Source of the DNA: an uncultured bacterium
GTDB lineage: Bacteria; Schekmanbacteria; GWA2-38-11; J061
DNA length: 49,074 nucleotides
Reading direction: 5' to 3'
Assembly: GCA_964549305.1 (NCBI GenBank)
Contig: CAZJVM010000014.1
Span: forward strand, 1 to 49,074
This document shows, one piece after another, positions 1 to 8,276 of the stretch. The notes below the pieces were generated by a model that was not told where the DNA came from, made no database searches, and saw only the letters and a list, made by a program, of their open reading frames with translations. The translations under genes and the position numbers were made by a program. Position 1 is the first letter of the stretch; each line of letters starts with the position of its first letter.

Positions 1-57
1 ACGGAGTCGTCCTTTAACAAGGGTTGCAGGCAGTGCCATAATAATGTGGACAACTAA
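1..57 (+). CDS. C-terminal end of a c-type cytochrome (partial, runs off the left edge)
   Basis: Frame 1 reads TESSFNKGCRQCHNNVDN*. A terminal CxxCH lies just before the stop, as in the downstream multiheme genes. Confidence 0.8.
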   Translation, partial: TESSFNKGCRQCHNNVDN

Positions 58-356
58 AAGGGGCTTTCTTTAAGCGATGTGTTACTTTTTTTTAAGAAAG
101 CGATTTGATTGTTTTGAAGAAAATAACTTTTTTTCAAAAGGATATTTTAGCAGACAAAACCTGCCTTTTTTACTTTTCAGATAAAAAAGGTAGGATATTC
201 TCCCCTTTTTTTCTCTTTTTTTTCCAAAAAATACCTCTTTTATTATTGTTATTACTGACGATTGCAAGTTGTCTTTTTTCAATTATTATGATTTATTTAT
301 TCTGGACAAGAGAGTTTCTTTATACGTTGATATTTAATACAAAAATGATTTTGAAG

Positions 357-1391
357 ATGAAAAAAAGCTATTTTACAACAATTGGAATTATGTTGTTTTT
401 CTGCCTGTCAACTTTCTGCTACGCGGGAGATTTTCACAGGTTTTCAACTCTCGTCTGCTCAGATTGCCACGTAATGCACGGCTCAAAATCGCATCAATAT
501 GACGGCAGTTCTACTCCCGATACCTCTATCGGAGGACTTGCCCCTTACAGTATGCTTTTGAAGAATAACGAAAATGAACTCTGTCTTTCCTGTCATGACG
601 GAAAAGCCAACAACCCCGATGTGAGAGGCGGAAATACGAATAGCTACATAAGGGCGGCAGGAGCGATTAATGTTTTGGGAGATTCCGGCACTTATGCTGA
701 AAACAAGGGGCATACGCTTGGAATCACGACGCCTCCTCCCGGAGGCATGTGGTCGGGAAACTCGGCGGGCGGGCTTAAATGCAGTCATTGCCACGATGTA
801 CATGGAAACAAATTTTACAGGAATTTAACCAAAAGTCCGGGAAATGCAACAGGAAAAAAAGTAACCTATTCAAAGGGAAGCGGATACAGCGGTACAAAGG
901 CAATTCAGCAGATATCCTCTTCACCTTTGAGCACTCATTACGCGGCGAGCAATATTTTCTACAGGCAGACCACTGTGGGTACTACCGATGACGGACTTTC
1001 AGAGTGGTGTTCCGGATGTCACGACAATATTCACGGTCAGGGAGGAAACGTTAATATGGGTGGTTCGGCATCGGGAGATACGGCATCCGCGGGCGATGAG
1101 TGGTTGAGGCATCCCACGAGAGATGTGACAATGTCCGAAGGGTCAAACAACAAACACATTGACTCGACGCACTGGTTTTCATCTCTTTCATCAAGGGTGC
1201 CTGTTGTTTCACCGTCGGGAGTCATACCGGGCACCTCAACCGGAAGCGACAATGAAGTATTTTGCGGTTCCTGCCACAAGGCGCACGGTTCAGACCAGAA
1301 ATTCGGACTTTTATATGATAATGATTCCACATCGGCAAGAGAAGACGGGTCATCGATGCTTCAGACCTGCCAGCAATGCCATTACAAATAG
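357..1391 (+). CDS. OmcS-like hexaheme c-type cytochrome (putative nanowire subunit)
   Basis: Signal peptide MKKSYF...CYA. Six CxxCH motifs (CSDCH, CLSCH, CSHCH, CSGCH, CGSCH, CQQCH). OmcS-type motifs in order: FH-x6-CxxCHxMH, KGH, PGG, CHDxHG, YRxL, GLSEWCxxCHxxIH, LRHP, CxSCHxAH, C-terminal CxxCH. Start moved from the track's TTG 105 to ATG 357 (345 also possible). Confidence 0.85.
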   Translation: MKKSYFTTIGIMLFFCLSTFCYAGDFHRFSTLVCSDCHVMHGSKSHQYDGSSTPDTSIGGLAPYSMLLKNNENELCLSCHDGKANNPDVRGGNTNSYIRAAGAINVLGDSGTYAENKGHTLGITTPPPGGMWSGNSAGGLKCSHCHDVHGNKFYRNLTKSPGNATGKKVTYSKGSGYSGTKAIQQISSSPLSTHYAASNIFYRQTTVGTTDDGLSEWCSGCHDNIHGQGGNVNMGGSASGDTASAGDEWLRHPTRDVTMSEGSNNKHIDSTHWFSSLSSRVPVVSPSGVIPGTSTGSDNEVFCGSCHKAHGSDQKFGLLYDNDSTSAREDGSSMLQTCQQCHYK

Positions 1392-1397
1392 AAATTT

Positions 1398-2867
1398 ATG
1401 ATAAAGCAGGAAAAAAAGAAAATGATTCAAAAAATATTTTATAGAAACAAAAGATTGCTTTCCATAAGCTTTATTGCTTTAGCGGCGTTTATTGCGGGAG
1501 CATCCTTTTCGGCTTACGCAGGAGGAGTTTATACGCAGACAAAGCACGGCGATTCCGGAAGCGGTGTCCTCAGGGACAGCAACATTCCAAAGGCAGACTG
1601 CAGGCAGTGCCACGATGAGCACAATGCGGGCGGTATAGCAAATACTTATGCCCTCTTCACAGCAAACACAAACGCGCTTTGCTTTACTACATCAGGCGCA
1701 AGTCCTTGCCACAATTCCGCAAGCGCGCTTGGGTTATTTCAGGGCTCAACAAAATACGGAGATTCTTCGCACGCCACGGATTCGCAGACTCTTTGGCCGG
1801 GACCCGACCCTGCCGCAAGGTCCGCGGGAGACAGTGGAAAGTGTGTTAACTGCCACTCCCCGCACGGTTATGAGGATGGAAGCGGACTTATACCCTCACA
1901 AAGCGTAAAAAGAGAGGAAAGTCTTTGCCTTACCTGCCACGATTCAAACGGGCCCGCTTCAACAGATATTCAGACTGATATTACTAAAACTTACAGACAT
2001 CCGGCGACCAATTACAACGGCAGGCATTCTCAGGATGAGGGAGGTACTTCGTCAAATTACGGAACGACTCCCACGAACAACAGACACGCGGAATGTGTTG
2101 ATTGCCACAACCCGCATATAGCTGCAGTTGATTCGCCGGCGCCCACTGCCCCCACGATGCCCCTTTCATTAAAAGGTGTGGGGCGAATAAAGGTAAGCAA
2201 CGGGTCGGCAGGTAATCCGCCATCATTTACCTATGCTTCACCTTCTAATACTTCAACCCCTTTAAGGGAATATCAAATATGCTTTAAATGCCACTCCTCG
2301 TGGACTACTCAGCCATCGGGACAGCCGGATTTATCAGTGGCATTCAACACAAACAATCTTTCTTATCACCCGGTAGAGGGTCAGGGGAAGAATCTTAATA
2401 TAAATCCCAATGCCTTTGTGAACGGATGGTCAGACACTGATAAAATGTACTGTTCAGATTGTCACGGAAGCGACAGCGGTACTGTCAACGGACCGCACGG
2501 CTCTACATATAATTTTATCCTTAAAAATAATTATGTTCAAAGTTCAGGCAGCAGAACTATGTCTTCAAACGAGATATGTTTCAACTGCCATCGCTATGAT
2601 ACTTATGCGAATGACAATGCAAGTAAAACTGTTAAAAAGTACAGCCGTTTTAAAGAACACGACAAGCACGTGGCAAAAGAAAAATTTCCCTGTTATACGT
2701 GCCACGACAGCCACGGCTCGACAACAGATGCCCACCTCATAGTAATAGGAAGAAACCCCGGTCCCGCAGATTATCAGGAATATTCGAACGGCGGAAACTG
2801 TAAGGCAAACGGGGGGCAATGCCACGATGGCAAATATGAAAACTACGATGTTGAATATCCAAGATAA
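1398..2867 (+). CDS. Secreted multiheme cytochrome c (8 CxxCH plus CX8CH and CX6CH)
   Basis: Signal peptide ending AYA. Eight canonical motifs plus CFTTSGASPCH and CKANGGQCH. Ser/Thr/Gly/Asn-rich. Alternative start at 1422. Confidence 0.9.
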   Translation: MIKQEKKKMIQKIFYRNKRLLSISFIALAAFIAGASFSAYAGGVYTQTKHGDSGSGVLRDSNIPKADCRQCHDEHNAGGIANTYALFTANTNALCFTTSGASPCHNSASALGLFQGSTKYGDSSHATDSQTLWPGPDPAARSAGDSGKCVNCHSPHGYEDGSGLIPSQSVKREESLCLTCHDSNGPASTDIQTDITKTYRHPATNYNGRHSQDEGGTSSNYGTTPTNNRHAECVDCHNPHIAAVDSPAPTAPTMPLSLKGVGRIKVSNGSAGNPPSFTYASPSNTSTPLREYQICFKCHSSWTTQPSGQPDLSVAFNTNNLSYHPVEGQGKNLNINPNAFVNGWSDTDKMYCSDCHGSDSGTVNGPHGSTYNFILKNNYVQSSGSRTMSSNEICFNCHRYDTYANDNASKTVKKYSRFKEHDKHVAKEKFPCYTCHDSHGSTTDAHLIVIGRNPGPADYQEYSNGGNCKANGGQCHDGKYENYDVEYPR

Positions 2868-4320
2868 AACAAAAGATAAACTCACACATCTTCCAATAAT
2901 TCTACTTATTGCCGGATTTTTCCTTTGTAATTTACTTTCCTGCGAACAATTGATTACGGCAGTGAAGGAGACTCAGAATAAAAGCAGGACAAACAGAGAT
3001 GCAGGCAAGATAGTTCTCTATTTTAACGGTGCTGAAAAAACTTCGATCAACCTTACTATGACAATTGAAGGTGTAAAGGTAAAGTCTGACCGTGATGAAT
3101 GGAAGGATATAAACATTCCACAGCTTGAAATAAATTCAATAAAAACTACGGGAAAGCAGGTTCGTCTCGGTGAGATTTTTATGGAGTCGGGAAAATATAA
3201 AGGTGTTGAAGTTACAGTTTCTGAAGCAAAGATGATTGAGGATGGAAAGGAAAAAGAGCTTCTTGATGTGGATGAGAAAAAGCAGGTCTTCATTCCTTTT
3301 GAATTTAATGTTCTGCCTGAGATGAACACTCCTCTTTTTATTCACTGGGATCCTGTAAAATCGGTAAAGGTCAATTATATTTTTGAGCCCATTTTCAAGG
3401 TTTCCACCAAGAAATTTGAAGTTAGGGGTGTTATGGCTTATGTGTCAAATGAAGGGTCCGGCAATATTTCACTAATTGACAGGTCGTCAAGAAGGGTCGT
3501 TTCCGTAATAGAGGTTGAATCCGCTCCCAAGGGAATGGTTGCAACTCCCGACGGAACAAGGATTTTTGTGGCGAATTCCGGCTCTGACAGCATATCGGTT
3601 ATTGATACCAACTCAAACAGGGTGCTTCAGCACATAAACCTTGAATCAGGGTCAGGACCCGAAGAAATAGCGATACTTCCCGACGGAAGCAAGCTATACA
3701 CGGCAAATTACAGGAGCAATTCCGTATCCGTTGTCGATGCGCGCAGTTTTCAACTTTTAAGGACAATCGGAGTTGGTGTTTCTCCCGTTGCCCTCGATGT
3801 TGACAGAAGGGGAAGAAGGGTTTATGTGGCAAACAGCAGGTCAAACGATGTAAGCGTGATTGATGTCCTAAGGGATGCAATTATTGAATCGTCCATCTCT
3901 GTCGATTCATCTCCGAAGGACATTAAAGTTGACCGAGATGACGGCAGAGTCTATGTTGCCTGCTATAATTCAAATAATGTCGATATAATTTCTCCTTCCT
4001 CACTGACTGTGGAAAAAAGACTTAATACGGGAAATTCTGTTGTCGCGATTACCGAAGACAGGAGAAGACCCTCGATAATATATTTTTTTCAGCAGTATCC
4101 TGACAGGATTGTGCAGTTTGACACTATTTCAAACTTTGCTATTCATACTTTGCCTGTAAGGGGAGTTGTGAGAAATATAGAAATAGATGAGGACAGAGGC
4201 AAGATTTATGCCGTGATGCAGAATGATAATGAGGTTGCGGTAATCAATAAGCTTTCAAAAATTGTAGAATGGAAGGCGGATGTGGGCAGGAAACCTTATG
4301 ATATTGTCATTTTAAGATGA
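2848..4320 (+). CDS. Lipoprotein with N-terminal DUF4382-like domain and YVTN-type beta-propeller (OscD-like)
   Basis: Lipobox LLSC. Repeated blades YVSNEGSGNISLID, FVANSGSDSISVID, YTANYRSNSVSVVD, YVANSRSNDVSVID. Start uncertain (2827, 2848 or 2851). Confidence 0.8.
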   Translation: MLNIQDKTKDKLTHLPIILLIAGFFLCNLLSCEQLITAVKETQNKSRTNRDAGKIVLYFNGAEKTSINLTMTIEGVKVKSDRDEWKDINIPQLEINSIKTTGKQVRLGEIFMESGKYKGVEVTVSEAKMIEDGKEKELLDVDEKKQVFIPFEFNVLPEMNTPLFIHWDPVKSVKVNYIFEPIFKVSTKKFEVRGVMAYVSNEGSGNISLIDRSSRRVVSVIEVESAPKGMVATPDGTRIFVANSGSDSISVIDTNSNRVLQHINLESGSGPEEIAILPDGSKLYTANYRSNSVSVVDARSFQLLRTIGVGVSPVALDVDRRGRRVYVANSRSNDVSVIDVLRDAIIESSISVDSSPKDIKVDRDDGRVYVACYNSNNVDIISPSSLTVEKRLNTGNSVVAITEDRRRPSIIYFFQQYPDRIVQFDTISNFAIHTLPVRGVVRNIEIDEDRGKIYAVMQNDNEVAVINKLSKIVEWKADVGRKPYDIVILR

Positions 4321-4383
4321 CTATATTAAAGAAAAAAGTGAAATTTTTATCTCTTTAAGGTTTTTTTGAAATTTAGCTAAGTT

Positions 4384-6516
4384 ATGAAAAAGAGTATTTT
4401 AGTTTTTTTTTTATTTATTACATTTGTTCCTGTTGCGTGGGGAATTGACGGGTTTTCTACCATCGATTACACCATCAATGAAAATGAAACAGGCAAGGAA
4501 TCAATAGACAATGCGGATTTTAATCAGGTGTACGATTTGAATGTAAACAAAGACATAACGAGTATGTTGAGACTTCGCTCGAGTTTGAGGTTCACAAGGT
4601 TTGACCAAAGGACAAACACCGAAGGAGTGAAGAAAAGGACTACCAATGAAGTTTTGCAACCCTATCTTGAGGTTAATTTTTCAGGACCTAAATATAACAT
4701 TAATTCGGGATACAGGAGAAGTGAAACTTCGATTTTTAATTTCGGAAGCAGTGCGGTGAAGAATATTGACAACAACTTTTTCATAAGGTCTTTCTTCAAT
4801 CCTTTTCCCAATTTACCTGTTTCTCTTCAGTTTGAAGATAATCACTCATATGACGACCTTAAACCGAGGGAGAGAAGCGCCGAAAATACCAGACTCCTGA
4901 CGAATGTGGGATATTCAATTTATCAATTCACTTTTAACTATAACTTTAACAAACAGCTAAATGAGAATAAAATAAACGGCATTGTTTCAAATGTGGACAA
5001 TAACACTATAAACCTTTCCTATAATGATACTTTTCTTAATGAGATGTTTACCATATCGTCGAGTTTCGTTTCCAATATGACAAGATCTGAGCAGGATGTT
5101 GATATTGAAAGCTCAACAGCGGCGCAAAATGTGAATATAGAACTTCTTCCGGTAAAAGGGCTAAAAAAGAATAATGACAGAACCCCGAAAACAGGAGAGC
5201 TTGAAAACGAGTCTTTTCTTATAGACAATGACTTTTCCGAAGGTGTCGTAGATATTGGAAGCGGAGAAAAAGGGGAAGATACTGCCATAGGAGTTGAACT
5301 TTTTACACCACAGACCGCTAAAGTGCTTGTCATTCATATGAGCAACAACTTTGACTCTTCCCTTCAATCCTTTTTTGCCTTCAGGATATATGTGCGGGAG
5401 TCTGACAATGGGGATTGGAGTCTTGTGAAGTTTTCCAGGAATCCGCAATATAATCAGCCTGAAAGGGATTTTGAAATAAAAATACCCGGGGATGTTACGG
5501 CAAAATACGTTAAAGCGGTTGTAGTTTCAAACAGCACCACTGAAGCGCTTGTAAGTGAGGTTCAGGTTTTGGGACCTGCCGGTTCGGGACGGGAGAAAAA
5601 GATTGTCTCCACATCAAATGTTCAGACCATTAATGCCAATGTTTCCTTTTCTCCACTCGAATATCTAACCTTCGGATTCAATATGGACCGCACGAAAAGC
5701 AAGAATGCGTCTCCCACGAGAATACAGAGAAACGGAACGCAGACCTGGAGACTTGCTTTCAATCCCAATAAATATTTCGATATCAATTCAAGCTTTCAGC
5801 AATCTTTTACGAAGTTCGAAAGGCAGGATGCTGATGATAGCGGCAACAGTATTCTTACTCTCTCGTGGGGAATGACTCCTCTCGAAACGTTATATACAAG
5901 CGTTAATTATCTTATTAATCAGAGCGATACAGAGTCAGAGGAGGTTTCGCGCAACAAGACAATCAACTGGAATCTCGAAGCCAATATATACAGAAATCTC
6001 GATTTTCAGTTAACCTATACAAATACGAGAAATAAATCATTCGAAGAAGGGACTAAAAACAGGGTTGATACGGTTTCGATCAATTTAAACTCTGACCTGA
6101 CGGACAGACTTCAGGGTATATTCGGATATACATGGCGTGAAGCTAAAAGTTACGGAAAAGATGAACCCCGTCTGGTTTTCTCAAATGACGCATTTTTATT
6201 TTTTACTTATACCTTAAGCGGTAATTTCAATCTCAATGCCCGGTATAATTACCAGAAATCAGCGGAAATGAATAACTTTCAGCAGGCATACACCATAGAC
6301 TGGGTGATTATTCCCAAATTATCGGCTTTCATGTCATACACAAGGACAAATGAAAATTCGGATATTACAAACACAAACAATTCTGAAAATATGATTTATG
6401 AACTTCGATGGTTTGTAAATCGCTCGATAGACATAAGGTTAAGCTATCAACTTACTCGCAGTCTTGATAACAATGAGGTTACAAGATATTTTGTTCAGGG
6501 AAATGTGAGATTTTAA
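4384..6516 (+). CDS. Outer-membrane beta-barrel protein with an inserted discoidin/galactose-binding-like domain (OscE-like)
   Basis: Signal peptide, alternating amphipathic strands, and C-terminal Phe (VQGNVRF, BAM-type signal). Central segment ...GDWSLV...TAKYVKAVV...VSEVQV resembles an F5/8-type fold. Confidence 0.75.
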   Translation: MKKSILVFFLFITFVPVAWGIDGFSTIDYTINENETGKESIDNADFNQVYDLNVNKDITSMLRLRSSLRFTRFDQRTNTEGVKKRTTNEVLQPYLEVNFSGPKYNINSGYRRSETSIFNFGSSAVKNIDNNFFIRSFFNPFPNLPVSLQFEDNHSYDDLKPRERSAENTRLLTNVGYSIYQFTFNYNFNKQLNENKINGIVSNVDNNTINLSYNDTFLNEMFTISSSFVSNMTRSEQDVDIESSTAAQNVNIELLPVKGLKKNNDRTPKTGELENESFLIDNDFSEGVVDIGSGEKGEDTAIGVELFTPQTAKVLVIHMSNNFDSSLQSFFAFRIYVRESDNGDWSLVKFSRNPQYNQPERDFEIKIPGDVTAKYVKAVVVSNSTTEALVSEVQVLGPAGSGREKKIVSTSNVQTINANVSFSPLEYLTFGFNMDRTKSKNASPTRIQRNGTQTWRLAFNPNKYFDINSSFQQSFTKFERQDADDSGNSILTLSWGMTPLETLYTSVNYLINQSDTESEEVSRNKTINWNLEANIYRNLDFQLTYTNTRNKSFEEGTKNRVDTVSINLNSDLTDRLQGIFGYTWREAKSYGKDEPRLVFSNDAFLFFTYTLSGNFNLNARYNYQKSAEMNNFQQAYTIDWVIIPKLSAFMSYTRTNENSDITNTNNSENMIYELRWFVNRSIDIRLSYQLTRSLDNNEVTRYFVQGNVRF

Positions 6517-6535
6517 AAACAATACGGGGAATATT

Positions 6536-7123
6536 ATGGACCAGAAAAAGATTTTTTCACGAATCTTGCTTTTGATGTTTATTCTCGGATATGCATCTTT
6601 CTTTACATCCTGCACAGGTATGCCTGCAAACTATATTAATCCGAATTATGATTTCAGTCTCATTCAACGAGTTGCGGTGCTTCCAATAGAGAATTTTACG
6701 CAGGATTCAAATGCCGGCGAAAAGGTCAGGAGAGTTGTGATTAACGAAATACTGTCGGCGCAGTTTGTCGATGTAGTTGAAGTAGGGCAGGTTAACAGAT
6801 CAATTAAGGAAGCGAAGGTAGAGGATTTGTTTAATATGAGCAAGGAAGACTATAAGAAAATAGGCGAAGCGCTCGGAACGCAACTGCTGATGAAAGGTTC
6901 GATTGAACATTACGGGACGAGTAATATAGGAGGTGCTTCCATTGCCGAGATATCAATTTCACTTGCCGCGATAGACATAACAAGCGGGGAAATCGTGTGG
7001 TCTTCAAGCGGTTCGAAATCAGGTTCGGGAATTATCGAGAAAATATTCGGCATTTCGGGACCGTCTTTGCCCTATGTTACAAGAGAATGTGTTACAGACC
7101 TTGTTAATACGCTTTTTGAATAG
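6536..7123 (+). CDS. CsgG/LpoB/GNA1162-like lipoprotein (OscF-like)
   Basis: Lipobox FTSC, RVAVLPIENFT, and ID..SGEIVWS, typical of the TolB-N/CsgG fold. Confidence 0.75.
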   Translation: MDQKKIFSRILLLMFILGYASFFTSCTGMPANYINPNYDFSLIQRVAVLPIENFTQDSNAGEKVRRVVINEILSAQFVDVVEVGQVNRSIKEAKVEDLFNMSKEDYKKIGEALGTQLLMKGSIEHYGTSNIGGASIAEISISLAAIDITSGEIVWSSSGSKSGSGIIEKIFGISGPSLPYVTRECVTDLVNTLFE

Positions 7124-7162
7124 AGAGATACAGATTTAGATATCAATCACATTTTAAATACA

Positions 7163-8269
7163 ATGTTTAAAAGAATTCGAATTATATTTTTTGCTATGGT
7201 TTTTATATCATTTGCCCCCCTTTCCTCTTATTCAAATGAAAAGCCGTCAAATGACAAAAAAATCGTTATTCTTCCTTTCGAAAATATCGGAGGACAGCAA
7301 ATCGGATGGAATTTCGTACTTGAAGGAATTACAGGTGTACTTGAAAAAAAAGGGTATGATGTCATAGGAAACGATGCCGTGGAAGAGTATCTCCTTGAGG
7401 AGAGAATAAGGGATACTTCCAATGTCAATGCGCAATTTCTGTCAAAAATCGGAGAAATTACCGATGCGCCGTATATATTGGTCGGTATGATAGACATAGT
7501 AGTAGTTTCCGACGAGAATCCTCAGTTTGGGCTTTCTGCCCGTGTACTCTCTGCAGATGAGGGCAACATTCTTTGGGGAGATTATGTGGGAAGCACCGGT
7601 GACAGTACCAAAATGATACTCGGTCTGGGAAATATAAAATCTTTGGAAAAATTAACGTTGAAGGTAATAAGTGAACTTTTTTCATCTCTTCCATCTTCGG
7701 GAAGAGGTTTTTCGGGAAAAAGTTTCATAGATAGGATAAGTTTGATGAAATTTTTTCCGAATGTTGACTACTATTTTGCCAGTGATTTTATTAAAGAAAC
7801 GGAAAATTTCAAAATTGCCGTTCTTCCCTTTGAGAACCAAAGTGAAAGAAAAGGCGCCGGGAAGGTATTGAAGGATATTTTTGCCGTGTCTCTCTTCAAG
7901 TACAGCACCTTTGACGTGATAGATTCCGGAAGAATAAAAAACGCAATCGTAACTTATAAGGTTTGGCCATACGGGGGAGTTGACATTCAGGGATTAAAAA
8001 AAATTAAATCTGCCCTTGACGCAGATGCCGTGATAATTGGAATAGTGGAGGAATACAATGAGGGTCTTAAAAAGGGCGGTATCACTTCGTCTCCTGAACT
8101 TACCGTATATGCGAGAATGGTTGATACCGAAAACGGCAGAATTCTCTGGACTTCCGAGGATACGGAAAAGGGAGATGATACTCAGATAGTCCTTGATTTT
8201 GGTGTAATTAAATCCGCAGTCGAACTTGCTAAAAGACTTACTAAAAAAATGATTTTTACTATGAGGTAA
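7163..8269 (+). CDS. Exported protein with two tandem CsgG/TolB-N-like domains (OscG-like)
   Basis: Signal peptide and two repeats: KIVILPFEN...GNILW and KIAVLPFEN...GRILW. Confidence 0.75.
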   Translation: MFKRIRIIFFAMVFISFAPLSSYSNEKPSNDKKIVILPFENIGGQQIGWNFVLEGITGVLEKKGYDVIGNDAVEEYLLEERIRDTSNVNAQFLSKIGEITDAPYILVGMIDIVVVSDENPQFGLSARVLSADEGNILWGDYVGSTGDSTKMILGLGNIKSLEKLTLKVISELFSSLPSSGRGFSGKSFIDRISLMKFFPNVDYYFASDFIKETENFKIAVLPFENQSERKGAGKVLKDIFAVSLFKYSTFDVIDSGRIKNAIVTYKVWPYGGVDIQGLKKIKSALDADAVIIGIVEEYNEGLKKGGITSSPELTVYARMVDTENGRILWTSEDTEKGDDTQIVLDFGVIKSAVELAKRLTKKMIFTMR

Positions 8270-8276
8270 AAGCTGA

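Noticed and set aside
105-344. 80-aa N-terminal extension of the first cytochrome in the ORF track
   Set aside because: TTG start without an RBS and Phe/Leu-rich text typical of T-rich intergenic DNA. A normal signal peptide begins at 345/357.
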